Shown: one piece after another, positions 19,038 through 27,569 of the stretch
Numbering within the stretch: the first letter of the stretch is position 1
Layout of the letters: the number at the start of each line of letters is the position of its first letter
Source: Acidimicrobiia bacterium
GTDB taxonomy: Bacteria; Actinomycetota; Acidimicrobiia; IMCC26256; JACDBD01
Reading direction: 5' to 3'
Assembly (NCBI GenBank): GCA_035938395.1
Contig: DASZGY010000021.1
Coordinates: 1,262-65,261 of the forward strand
DNA length: 64,000 nucleotides
Made by a program: the position numbers and the translations under genes
Notes under the pieces: generated by a model
Told to the model about the DNA's origin: nothing
What the model saw: the letters and a program-made list of their open reading frames with translations, nothing else
Database searches by the model: none

Positions 19038-19148
19038 CATCCGAGGTTTCGCGGCTTTTCAGACCGTTGTCGCCCGGCCGTTGCCGGCACGTCACGGTCG
19101 CGCCGTACGTTCCCCCGCGTCCCGCACCACGGCGGAAGGGAGCGGCCC

Positions 19149-20777
19149 GTGCCCCGACGGATGGGAATCGCAGCGCTGGCAAGCCTCATCGTGATCGCAG
19201 CGGCGTTGGTCGCCGTGGCTCCCGCAGGAGCCGACAACGGCAACCACAACGGCCAGGTGGATCCGCATCTCCGCGGGATCGACCACCTGGTCGTGATCTA
19301 CGAGGAGAACCACAGCTTCGACAACCTCTACGGGCTGTGGCCGGGTGTCGACGGGATCGCGAGCCCGGCGAGCGCCACCGCGAACCAGACCCAGGTCGAC
19401 CAGGGCGGGGCACCGTACGACTGCCTGAAGCAGAACGATCCGAACCTCACATCTCCGCCGCTGGCGGCGACGTGCACCGACCCGCGCGGATTCACGAGCG
19501 CGTTCACGAACCAGGTCTTCGGGATCGACAACCACGTCGCGCAGAACCAGAAGACCGAGGACCTGGTGCACCGCTACTACCAGGAGCAGTACCAGATCGA
19601 CGGCGGGAAGATGGACCGCTTCACGACCGGCAGCGACGCCGTCGGTCTCACCCAGGGCTACTACAAGACGACGAACCTCCCCGTGTACCGGTACCTCACC
19701 GCCGCGGGTGCGCCGCCGTCGATGGTCGCCGACCATTTCTTCCACGCGTCCTTCGGTGGGTCGTTCCTGAATCACCAGTGGCTCGTGGCGGCACAAACGC
19801 CCACGTTCGCGGGCGCCCTGAACGACGGCTCCGCGAACGACCTGCATTCCGTGGTGGACGCCAACGGCATGCCGACGAGTTCTCCGCTGTACGCGTCGCC
19901 GCTCGGGTCGAAGACGAAGGACAAGGCACTGACCGCGTCCTGCACGCCACCGGCCGGAGCTCCGGCGAACCCGCCCGGGGTGGTCTGCGGCGACTACGCC
20001 GTCAACACGATCCAGCCCGCGTCGCAGCCGTTCTCACCCTCGTCGGCGCCCGCGCAGCGGTTGCCACTCCTCTCGTCGTCGAACATCGGTGACGAGTTGA
20101 GCGCCAAGGACGTGAGCTGGGGGTGGTACTCGGGCGGTTGGGACAACGCCGCCGGCGTCACGACCGGTGCGGGGTGGACGAACGGAACGACGCCCGGTGT
20201 GTGCAGCGATGCGAACCACAACCCGGCGGACGTCTACCCGTACTGCGGCGACAAGCTCTTCCAGTACCACCACCAGCCGTTCAACTACTTCGCCAACTAC
20301 GCCGAAGGAGCCCCCGGCCGCTCCCACCTCCAGGACGAGCAGGACTTCCTGCAGCAGGCGGCGGGCGGGACGCTGCCGGCGGTCTCGTTCATCAAGCCGC
20401 TCGGCCCGGAGAACGAGCATCCCGGGTACACCGATGTGACGTCGGGTGACCAGCACCTGGTCGACCTCGTCAAGGCGATTCAAGGCGGCCCCGACTGGGA
20501 GCACACCGCGATCGTCGTCACATACGACGAGCACGGGGGCTTCTGGGACCACGTCCCGCCGCCCACTGCGCACGGGGTCAGCGACCAGTGGGGCCCGGGC
20601 GCGCGTGTGCCGGCGCTGGTGATCTCGCCGCTCCTCCAGAAGAGCGGTGTCGACCACACGCAGTACGACACGACGTCGATCCTGGCAACCATCGAGAACC
20701 GCTGGCAGCTGCCGCCGCTCGGCAGCCGCGACGCATCAGTCCACGACCTGAGCGGCGAGTTCCATCCCGCGCACTAG
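19149..20777 (+). CDS. Secreted phosphoesterase family protein (AcpA/phospholipase C type)
   Basis: Signal peptide MGIAALASLIVIAAALVAVAPAGA, then IDHLVVIYEENHSFDNLYG, which is typical of the phosphoesterase (PLC/acid phosphatase) family. Confidence 0.8.
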   Translation: MPRRMGIAALASLIVIAAALVAVAPAGADNGNHNGQVDPHLRGIDHLVVIYEENHSFDNLYGLWPGVDGIASPASATANQTQVDQGGAPYDCLKQNDPNLTSPPLAATCTDPRGFTSAFTNQVFGIDNHVAQNQKTEDLVHRYYQEQYQIDGGKMDRFTTGSDAVGLTQGYYKTTNLPVYRYLTAAGAPPSMVADHFFHASFGGSFLNHQWLVAAQTPTFAGALNDGSANDLHSVVDANGMPTSSPLYASPLGSKTKDKALTASCTPPAGAPANPPGVVCGDYAVNTIQPASQPFSPSSAPAQRLPLLSSSNIGDELSAKDVSWGWYSGGWDNAAGVTTGAGWTNGTTPGVCSDANHNPADVYPYCGDKLFQYHHQPFNYFANYAEGAPGRSHLQDEQDFLQQAAGGTLPAVSFIKPLGPENEHPGYTDVTSGDQHLVDLVKAIQGGPDWEHTAIVVTYDEHGGFWDHVPPPTAHGVSDQWGPGARVPALVISPLLQKSGVDHTQYDTTSILATIENRWQLPPLGSRDASVHDLSGEFHPAH

Positions 20778-20797
20778 TCGAACCGTCGCTCGGAGGC

Positions 20798-20824
20798 GGG
20801 CCACCCGCGTTGCGCGGGTGGCCC
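20798..20824. terminator. Bidirectional hairpin between convergent genes
   Basis: GGGCCACCCGCG-ttg-CGCGGGTGGCCC, a perfect 12-bp stem. Confidence 0.6.
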
Positions 20825-20843
20825 GTCAAGGTCTCGCCCGTTG

Positions 20844-21263
20844 TCAGCGCGCCGACTTGCGCAGCCCGTCCGCTTCGGCGGCCGCGGCGTCGCGATAACA
20901 GCGGTCGGGGTGGGTTCGCTCGTAGTTGAGGCCGCCCTCGACGTGGAAGATCTTGCTCGACATCTTCGCCTTCACCGGGTGGCTCGCCGGGCACGCGCCA
21001 TCGGTCGGCTCGACCCACCCGTCGCCGCCCGGCGGCGCCGCCTGCGCTCCGGCCGGCTCGGTCGAGGTCACCGGCTCGGCCTTGCTCACGGGCGTCGCCG
21101 GGACCGGAGGGTTCTCGACTCGGGGCTGCGGCGGGAAGGGGGCCGGCTGGGCCTCCCAGCTCAAGCCGGTATCTGAGCGCTGTGACTCGAACCACCGCCA
21201 GATGGCGTAGGCGGTCCCGGCCACCACGCTCAGCATGAACATTCGCCTTACGAATCGCCGCAC
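20844..21263 (-). CDS. Membrane-anchored protein with Pro-rich linker and small C-terminal Cys-bracketed domain
   Basis: N-terminal TM segment MFMLSVVAGTAYAIW. C-terminal CPASHPVKAKMSSKIFHVEGGLNYERTHPDRCY...ADGLRKS resembles a small conserved domain that I recall being named sunset-type. This assignment is tentative. Confidence 0.5.
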   Translation of the reverse strand: MRRFVRRMFMLSVVAGTAYAIWRWFESQRSDTGLSWEAQPAPFPPQPRVENPPVPATPVSKAEPVTSTEPAGAQAAPPGGDGWVEPTDGACPASHPVKAKMSSKIFHVEGGLNYERTHPDRCYRDAAAAEADGLRKSAR

Positions 21264-21349
21264 GTCCGATCCCTCCTTCGACGGGCAGAGTCTCGCACGC
21301 GCGAAAGAAGTTGACTGTCCCCCCGCACGCCTGCGACCATTACCGGATC

Positions 21350-21453
21350 ATGACCAAGGAACTGCGCGCCCAGAGCCTGCTCCTTACCTAGTTGCGAGCG
21401 CCTTTCGGTGCTCGCGGACGCCTCCTCGTGCCTACGGGCCGGGGAGGTTTTTC
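21350..21453 (+). promoter_or_regulatory. leuA leader peptide (MTKELRAQSLLLT) plus downstream hairpins and a terminator: a Leu attenuator
   Basis: ATG 21350 to TAG 21391 with CTG CTC CTT consecutive Leu codons. Hairpin GCGAGC..GCTCGC at 21394-21415. CCTCC..GGAGG stem followed by TTTTT at 21421-21452, 40 nt before the leuA ATG. Confidence 0.6.
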
Positions 21454-21492
21454 GTTGCCGGGAATGACCACGAGACGGATCGGGAGATCGAG

Positions 21493-23034
21493 ATGGACCA
21501 GGTGCGGATCTTCGACACGACGCTGCGGGACGGCGAGCAGTCGCCCGGCATCTCGCTGGACGTGGGCGAGAAGCTCGAGATCGCCGAGCAGCTGACGCGC
21601 CTCGGAACCGACATCATCGAGGCGGGGTTCCCGATCGCGAGCCAGGGCGACTTCGACGCCGTCGAGGCCATCGCCAAGGGTGTGCGCGGGTCGACCATCG
21701 CCGCCCTGTCGCGCACGGGCTTCAAGGACGTCGACCGGGCGTGGGAAGCGGTTCGGCACGCCGAGCGCCCGCGCATCCACGTCTTCATCGCGACGTCCCC
21801 GATCCACATGAAGAAGAAGCTTCGCATGACCGAGGACCAGGTCAAGGACGAAGCGGCGGCAGGTGTCGCACGCGCGAAGGGCTACTGCGACGACGTCGAG
21901 TTCTCGCCCGAGGACGGCAGCCGGTCGGACCAAGACTTCATGTGTGAGGTGTGCCAGATCGCCGTCGACAACGGCGCGACGACGATCAATATCCCCGACA
22001 CCGTCGGGTTCGGCGTGCCCGAGGAGTTCGCCGAGCTCATCTCGTACGTGCTCGCCCGCGTCCGGGGCGACTACGTCGTGTCCACGCACTGCCACAACGA
22101 CCTCGGCCTGGCCGTCGCGAACTCGCTCGCCGGCGTGCGGGCAGGGGCTCGCCAGGTCGAATGCGCCATCAACGGGCTCGGGGAGCGCGCCGGCAACGCC
22201 GCCCTCGAGGAGATCGTGATGGCGATCAAGACGCGGAGCGACTACTTCGGTCACCTCGACGTGAACGTGCGCACCGAGGAGCTGGCGCGCACGTCGCGCA
22301 TCGTGTCGCGGCTCACCGGCTATCCCGTCCAGTACAACAAGGCCGTCGTCGGCCGGAACGCATTCGCGCACGAGGCCGGCATCCACCAGCACGGCGTCCT
22401 CGAGGATCCGGAGACATACGAGATCATGGACGCCAACGCGGTGGGACAGGAGGCGGCGCAGATCGTCCTGGGCAAGCACTCGGGCCGGCATGCGTTCGCC
22501 GACTCCCTGGGGAAGATGGGCATCAAGATCCAGGGCGACGCGCTGAACGCCGCGTTCACCCGGTTCAAGGAGCTCGCCGACCGCAAGGTGCAGATCACCG
22601 AGGCCGACATCGAGGCGATCGTGGCCGAGGAGCTCGGCACCGGGTACGTGCACCGGTTCGACCTCGTCGACCTCACGCTGTCGGGCGGCATGTCGTCGAA
22701 GCCGACGGCCAAGGTCGTGGTGGCGAACGGCGACGGCAAGATCGACGCCGAGGGTTCCGGCAACGGGATGATCGACGCCGCCATCGCCGCTCTCGCCGCG
22801 GCCACGGGCGTCGAGGGCCGGCTCACCGACTTCCAGGTGCACGCCGTCACCGGCGGCGGCGACGCGCTCGGCGACGTCGTCGTCCAGATGGAGGCGGACG
22901 GCTTCAAGGTGTCCGGACGCGGCGTGTCGACCGACGTGGTCGAGGCCTCGGCCCGGGCCTACCTGAACGCCGTCAACCGGATCGTGCGTCTGCGCGAGCG
23001 AGGCGAGGAACGCGAGATCGAGATCGGCCCGTGA
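21493..23034 (+). CDS. leuA: 2-isopropylmalate synthase
   Basis: IFDTTLRDGEQSPG, HCHNDLGLAVANSLAG, and a C-terminal LeuA dimerisation/regulatory domain. 513 aa. Confidence 0.9.
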   Translation: MDQVRIFDTTLRDGEQSPGISLDVGEKLEIAEQLTRLGTDIIEAGFPIASQGDFDAVEAIAKGVRGSTIAALSRTGFKDVDRAWEAVRHAERPRIHVFIATSPIHMKKKLRMTEDQVKDEAAAGVARAKGYCDDVEFSPEDGSRSDQDFMCEVCQIAVDNGATTINIPDTVGFGVPEEFAELISYVLARVRGDYVVSTHCHNDLGLAVANSLAGVRAGARQVECAINGLGERAGNAALEEIVMAIKTRSDYFGHLDVNVRTEELARTSRIVSRLTGYPVQYNKAVVGRNAFAHEAGIHQHGVLEDPETYEIMDANAVGQEAAQIVLGKHSGRHAFADSLGKMGIKIQGDALNAAFTRFKELADRKVQITEADIEAIVAEELGTGYVHRFDLVDLTLSGGMSSKPTAKVVVANGDGKIDAEGSGNGMIDAAIAALAAATGVEGRLTDFQVHAVTGGGDALGDVVVQMEADGFKVSGRGVSTDVVEASARAYLNAVNRIVRLRERGEEREIEIGP

Positions 23035-23693
23035 GCTCTGCCGACCCGGTCAACCCGGTCAAGCCGGTCAATTTGTGGAGCGAGCCGGCGTGGGCGCAGC
23101 GATACCTGAGCGAGCGCGACGACCTCCCGCACCGCATGGAGGGGTTCGCGGTGCTGTTGGAGCTGCTTCCGGCGGCGCCGCGCCGCGTGCTCGACCTCGG
23201 CACCGGCGACGGCTACACGCTCGGTCTGGTGCGCAGCGTGCACCCGGGCGTCGAGGGGGTGGGAGTCGACTTCTCGGCCGAGATGCTCGGGCGCGCCCGC
23301 GAGCGGTTCGCCGGTGATCGCGGCGTCGAGATCGTCGACCACAACCTCGACGTCTCGCTCCCTGCGCTCGGGACGTTTGACCTCGTCGTCTCGAGCTTCG
23401 CGATCCATCACTGCGTCGACGCGCGCAAGCGGGCGCTGTACGGCGAGGTGTTCGACGTGCTCGAGGCGGGTGGCCGGTTCCTGCACCTGGAGCACGTCGC
23501 CTCGGCGACGCCCGAACTGCACGTCGACTTCCTCGCTGCCATCGGCAAGACCCCGGCCGAGGACGACCCGTCGAACAAGCTCGTGGCCGTCGACACGCAG
23601 TTGGCCTGGCTGCGCGAGATCGGCTTCCAGCAGGTCGACTGCCTCTGGAAGTGGCGCGAGGTCGCGCTTCTCGCGGGGGTGAAGCCGGCCTAG
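23031..23693 (+). CDS. Class I SAM-dependent methyltransferase
   Basis: VLDLGTGDGY motif I. GTG 23031 overlaps the leuA TGA (GTGA), indicating translational coupling. Confidence 0.8.
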   Translation: MSSADPVNPVKPVNLWSEPAWAQRYLSERDDLPHRMEGFAVLLELLPAAPRRVLDLGTGDGYTLGLVRSVHPGVEGVGVDFSAEMLGRARERFAGDRGVEIVDHNLDVSLPALGTFDLVVSSFAIHHCVDARKRALYGEVFDVLEAGGRFLHLEHVASATPELHVDFLAAIGKTPAEDDPSNKLVAVDTQLAWLREIGFQQVDCLWKWREVALLAGVKPA

Positions 23694-23697
23694 CTCA

Positions 23698-24357
23698 TCA
23701 CAGGCCGGAGATGCCGTTGTAGAGAAGCGTCGCCGCGAGCGCGACGACGATGACGGCCGCGATCGTGCGGGCGTTCCGGAGCAGCCAGTCACGGACTGTT
23801 TGAAGCTTGCGCTGAGTCCAAACGGGCGCAACGAAGAACAGGACGATCGCGACGAGGAGCGGCAGTAGCGACACGATCGAGAAGAAGATCCAGTCGACGA
23901 TGTACTGGGCTGTGCTCGGGTTCGTCTGCGAGATGTCCTTCAGGGCGATCGGGATGAAGCCGCCCGGGTTCGCGAGCGCGGCGCCGGCGCCGACGATCAC
24001 GATCGCGGGGGACGATGCGATCTTGCTCATCTGCGCGAGCATCGATTCCGCACGTTTCGGGTCGCGCGGCCGCCGGACGAGCCGTAGCACCCAGATCAGC
24101 AAGAGCGTCCCGACGACGATGTCGAAGATGGCGACCCACGTCTTCGGGGTGGACGTGTTGTGGGAAGCGGCCTTGTTCCCGAGGACGAAGGCGGCGACGA
24201 TGCCGACGGCGAGTGTGGCGCCCATCGCGCCGAGGTAGAAGTAGATGCCCGTGCGCCGGGGCTTGTCGCCGAGCAGGAGCGCCAGCACCGAGAACGACAA
24301 CGTCGTCGGCGACAACATCGCGGCGAGGGTCGTGAGGGCGAGCTCGGTGTTGATCAC
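23698..24357 (-). CDS. Integral membrane protein (about 6 TM), function unknown
   Basis: Hydrophobic segments throughout (e.g. IYFYLGAMGATLAVGIVAAFVL). No catalytic motif recognised. Confidence 0.55.
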   Translation of the reverse strand: MINTELALTTLAAMLSPTTLSFSVLALLLGDKPRRTGIYFYLGAMGATLAVGIVAAFVLGNKAASHNTSTPKTWVAIFDIVVGTLLLIWVLRLVRRPRDPKRAESMLAQMSKIASSPAIVIVGAGAALANPGGFIPIALKDISQTNPSTAQYIVDWIFFSIVSLLPLLVAIVLFFVAPVWTQRKLQTVRDWLLRNARTIAAVIVVALAATLLYNGISGL

Positions 24358-24379
24358 CCGCCGAACCTATGCGCGGTGC

Positions 24380-24829
24380 TCAGGTCTGCGGAGCGGCTGC
24401 CCGCAACGCGATCCGAGATCGCTTTCGCGGCTGTTGCCACTCGAGGCCCCGATGCACGGGGTGCCCGTTCTCGACCAGGCGCTCGACAGCCCATCTTCGG
24501 AGTCGCTGCACCCGCTTCCGGCGGAACCGCTCGCTCCTCGCACGCACGACGGCCAGCGCGATCGCGAACTGCACCCGCCGGTCTTCCTCTCGGCTCAGGG
24601 CGTGGAGCAGGACCTTCGCCGTGCGGCGCGTCAGACCGAGCTCGGCCACCGCTACGCCGGTGCGGGCACGCTCGTCCGGGTCGAACGAGTCGAGCTTCCG
24701 GGACGCGCCGCGGAGGCGGCGCCGCATCCGCCAGCGCCGCGGGAGACGCCACGCGAGCAAGGCGACGACTGCGAGGGCGCCCAACGCGATCGGAACGATC
24801 AACACCGGGTCGACAGACATCAGGCCCAC
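24380..24829 (-). CDS. Hypothetical membrane-anchored Arg-rich protein
   Basis: Single N-terminal TM segment (VLIVPIALGALAVVALLAW). No recognisable domain. Supported only by coding-like codon usage. Confidence 0.4.
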   Translation of the reverse strand: MGLMSVDPVLIVPIALGALAVVALLAWRLPRRWRMRRRLRGASRKLDSFDPDERARTGVAVAELGLTRRTAKVLLHALSREEDRRVQFAIALAVVRARSERFRRKRVQRLRRWAVERLVENGHPVHRGLEWQQPRKRSRIALRAAAPQT

Positions 24830-24881
24830 CAGTATCGAGCCAAGCTCGGCCGAAACCGTGGATATCTTGCGAAGCGCGGCG

Positions 24882-25484
24882 TCAGCTCCCGGTGGACACC
24901 TTCGGCAACCAACCCGGGCGCCCGGCCTCGTAGCCCGCGATCTCGTCGTCTCGTTCGAGCGTGAGGCCGATGTCGTCGAGCCCGTGCAGCAGGCGGTGGT
25001 GCGTGTGGTCGTCGAGCTCGAACGGCTCGTCGAGATCGATGGCCGGGATTGCGACGCGCCGGTCCACGACGTCGATCACGATCTCGACCGACGGGTCGTC
25101 CTCGACGATGCGCATGATGCGCGTCACGACGTCCTGTGGCAGCTCCACCGGTACGAGGCCGATCTTGAAGCAGTTGTTGCGGAAGATGTCGGCGAAGCGC
25201 GGTGAGATGACGGCCCGGAAGCCGTAGTCCTCGAGCGCCCAGACCGCGTGCTCCCGCGAGGAGCCCGTCCCGAAGTTCGGCCCGGCGACGAGGATCTTCG
25301 CGTCCCGGAAGCGGTCCTGGTTGAGCACGAAGTCGGAGCGCTCGCGCCACTCCGAGAAGAGCCCCTCGCCGAAGCCGGTGCGCTCGACGCGCTTGAGCCA
25401 GTCGCTCGGGATGATCTGATCGGTGTCGACGTCGCTCCGGTCGAGCGGCACCGCCCGGGCGATGATCTCCTGGACCGCCTGCAT
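24882..25484 (-). CDS. leuD: 3-isopropylmalate dehydratase small subunit
   Basis: NFGTGSSREHAVWAL motif. 200 aa, immediately downstream of leuC. Confidence 0.9.
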   Translation of the reverse strand: MQAVQEIIARAVPLDRSDVDTDQIIPSDWLKRVERTGFGEGLFSEWRERSDFVLNQDRFRDAKILVAGPNFGTGSSREHAVWALEDYGFRAVISPRFADIFRNNCFKIGLVPVELPQDVVTRIMRIVEDDPSVEIVIDVVDRRVAIPAIDLDEPFELDDHTHHRLLHGLDDIGLTLERDDEIAGYEAGRPGWLPKVSTGS

Positions 25485-25485
25485 G

Positions 25486-26889
25486 TCAGCCCAAGTCCTC
25501 GGGTGTCGTGAACCGGCCCGCGATCGCGGTCGCCGCCGCCACTGGAGGGGAGACGAGGTGCGTGCGGCCGCCCTTTCCCTGGCGCCCCTCGAAGTTGCGA
25601 TTCGAGGTCGACGCGCACCGCTCGCCGGCCGACAGCTTGTCGGGGTTCATCGCGAGGCACATCGAGCATCCCGCTTCGTCGCGCCAGTCGAAGCCGGCCT
25701 CGACGAAGACCTGATCGAGCCCCTCCGCTTCCGACGCCGCCTTCACCGCCATCGACCCCGGCACGACTATCGCCCGCAGGCCGTCTCGGACCCGCCGGCC
25801 GCGCACGACGGCCGCGGCCGCGCGCAGGTCCTCGACGCGGGAATTCGTGCACGAGCCGATGAACACGGTGTCGACCCCGATGTCGCGCATGGGTGTCCCG
25901 GCCTTCAGACCCATGTACCCGAGCGCGCGCCGGGCCGACTCGCGCTCGGACGGATCGGCGAAGGAGTCGGGGTCGGGCACCACCTCGTCGATGGTCGTGG
26001 TCTGACTCGGGTTCGTGCCCCAGCTGACGGACGGCCGGATGTCGGCCGCGTCGAGGACGACCTCCTTGTCGAACACGGCGTCGGCATCGGTCGGCAGGCT
26101 GCGCCAGTCATCGAGCGCGCGCTCCCAGTCCTTCCCCCCCGGCACGAAGCGGCGGCCTTCGAGAAAAGCGAATGTGGTGTCGTCGGGTGCGACCATGCCG
26201 GCGCGGGCGCCGGCTTCGATCGACATGTTGCACACCGTCATGCGGCCCTCCATCGAGAGCGACCGGATCGCGGAGCCGCGGTACTCGATGATCGAGCCGA
26301 TCCCGCCCCCGGTGCCGATGCGGGCGATGACCGTGAGGACGAGGTCTTTGGCGGTGACGCCGGCGCCGAGCGACCCGTCGACCGTGATCGCCATGGTGCC
26401 CGGCTTCACTTGCGGCAGCGTCTGGGTGGCGAGCACGTGCTCGACCTCGCTGGTGCCGATCCCGAACGCAAGCGCCCCGAACGCGCCGTGGGTCGAGGTG
26501 TGGCTGTCGCCGCAGACGATCGTCAGCCCGGGCTGGGTCAGGCCGTGCTCGGGACCGATGACGTGCACGATGCCCCGCCCCGGGTCGCCCATCCCGTACA
26601 GCCGGATGCCGAACTCGGCGCAGTTCCGGGCCAGGACCTCCATCTGCTTCGCCGAGACCGGGTCCTCGACCGGGCGGTCGCGGCTGGTGGTCGGGTTGTT
26701 GTGGTCGATCGTCGAGACGGTGAGGTCGGGGCGGCGGACGGTGCGGCCGTGGAGGCGCAGCCCGTCGAATGCCTGCGGCGAGGTGACCTCGTGCACGAGG
26801 TGCAGGTCGACGTACAGCAGGTCGGGCTCGCCCGCGGCCCGGTGGACCACGTGGCGTTCCCATACCTTCTCGGACAGCGTCTGGCTCAT
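25486..26889 (-). CDS. leuC: 3-isopropylmalate dehydratase large subunit
   Basis: [13 protein letters not shown] start, with [14 protein letters not shown] and FIGSCTNSR Fe-S ligand motifs. Start at ATG 26889. Confidence 0.9.
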   Translation of the reverse strand: MSQTLSEKVWERHVVHRAAGEPDLLYVDLHLVHEVTSPQAFDGLRLHGRTVRRPDLTVSTIDHNNPTTSRDRPVEDPVSAKQMEVLARNCAEFGIRLYGMGDPGRGIVHVIGPEHGLTQPGLTIVCGDSHTSTHGAFGALAFGIGTSEVEHVLATQTLPQVKPGTMAITVDGSLGAGVTAKDLVLTVIARIGTGGGIGSIIEYRGSAIRSLSMEGRMTVCNMSIEAGARAGMVAPDDTTFAFLEGRRFVPGGKDWERALDDWRSLPTDADAVFDKEVVLDAADIRPSVSWGTNPSQTTTIDEVVPDPDSFADPSERESARRALGYMGLKAGTPMRDIGVDTVFIGSCTNSRVEDLRAAAAVVRGRRVRDGLRAIVVPGSMAVKAASEAEGLDQVFVEAGFDWRDEAGCSMCLAMNPDKLSAGERCASTSNRNFEGRQGKGGRTHLVSPPVAAATAIAGRFTTPEDLG

Positions 26890-26978
26890 CGCCGACAGGG
26901 TATTGGGGGAAGGGCACCAACAAACACCGTTCACCGCGGCGAAACAGTCGCGAAACACGACGCCTTTACCGTCCCCGC

Positions 26979-27482
26979 ATGGATGTGGTGCTCGTGCGCT
27001 GGCCGGAGGAGGACGCCCGGCTGCGGCAGCTCCGGGAGACGGGGTCACCCCGGCTGCTGCTCCTGAACGGTGAGTCGGAGCCGCCCGAGTCGGCCGACTG
27101 CCTCGAGGACTGGATCCGACTCCCGGCCGACGACCGCGACGTGCGCGCCCGAGTGGCGCGGCTCGCCTCCCGGTCCGAGACCCAGCAGCCTGCGCCGCAG
27201 GTCGACGGGGACGGGCTCCTGCGCTACCGGGGCCGGTGGGTCGCGCTCTCGCCGGTCGAGTCCGCGCTCGCCATCACGCTGGTCGACCGGTTCGGTGCGG
27301 TGGTAGGCCGCGACACGCTGGCCCGCCGGGCGTGGCCGGAGGGGACGCCCACCCGCAATGCTCTCGACGTGCACATGCTCCGCCTGCGGCGCCGGATCTC
27401 GCCCCTCGGCGTCGAGGTGCGCACGGTCCGGTCCCGGGGGTACCTGATGCAGGCGGCGCAGCCAAGAGCCGACGCGCAGTAA
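26979..27482 (+). CDS. OmpR/PhoB-type winged-helix DNA-binding protein without a full receiver domain
   Basis: C-terminal [23 protein letters not shown]...[29 protein letters not shown] matches the Trans_reg_C fold. The N-terminal part is only about 70 aa. Confidence 0.65.
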   Translation: MDVVLVRWPEEDARLRQLRETGSPRLLLLNGESEPPESADCLEDWIRLPADDRDVRARVARLASRSETQQPAPQVDGDGLLRYRGRWVALSPVESALAITLVDRFGAVVGRDTLARRAWPEGTPTRNALDVHMLRLRRRISPLGVEVRTVRSRGYLMQAAQPRADAQ

Positions 27483-27500
27483 GAACCGCCGTATCGCGCG

Positions 27501-27553
27501 ACGACGGCGGCTTGGCCGCCGTCGTGGCAATAGCGGAGCTTGCGACGGCGACA
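27501..27553 (+). repeat. Copy D of the hairpin+box element (5' leader of hyuA)
   Basis: ACGACGGCGGC-ttg-GCCGCCGTCGT (11-bp stem), then ggcaatagcGGAGCTTGCGACGGCGACA. GTG 27570 lies 17 nt after the box. Confidence 0.9.
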
Positions 27554-27569
27554 ATGACGGGGCGACGCT

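Noticed and set aside
20777-20795. TCGAAC half-site after the phosphoesterase gene as a third LexA box.
   Set aside because: The second half (GCTCGG) does not match GTTCGA, and the site lies between convergent gene ends.
23045-23071. Three tandem 9-bp units (cccggtcaa cccggtcaa gccggtcaa).
   Set aside because: They lie inside the 5' end of the methyltransferase CDS (PVNPVKPVN) and are probably a simple coding microsatellite. No regulatory context is evident.
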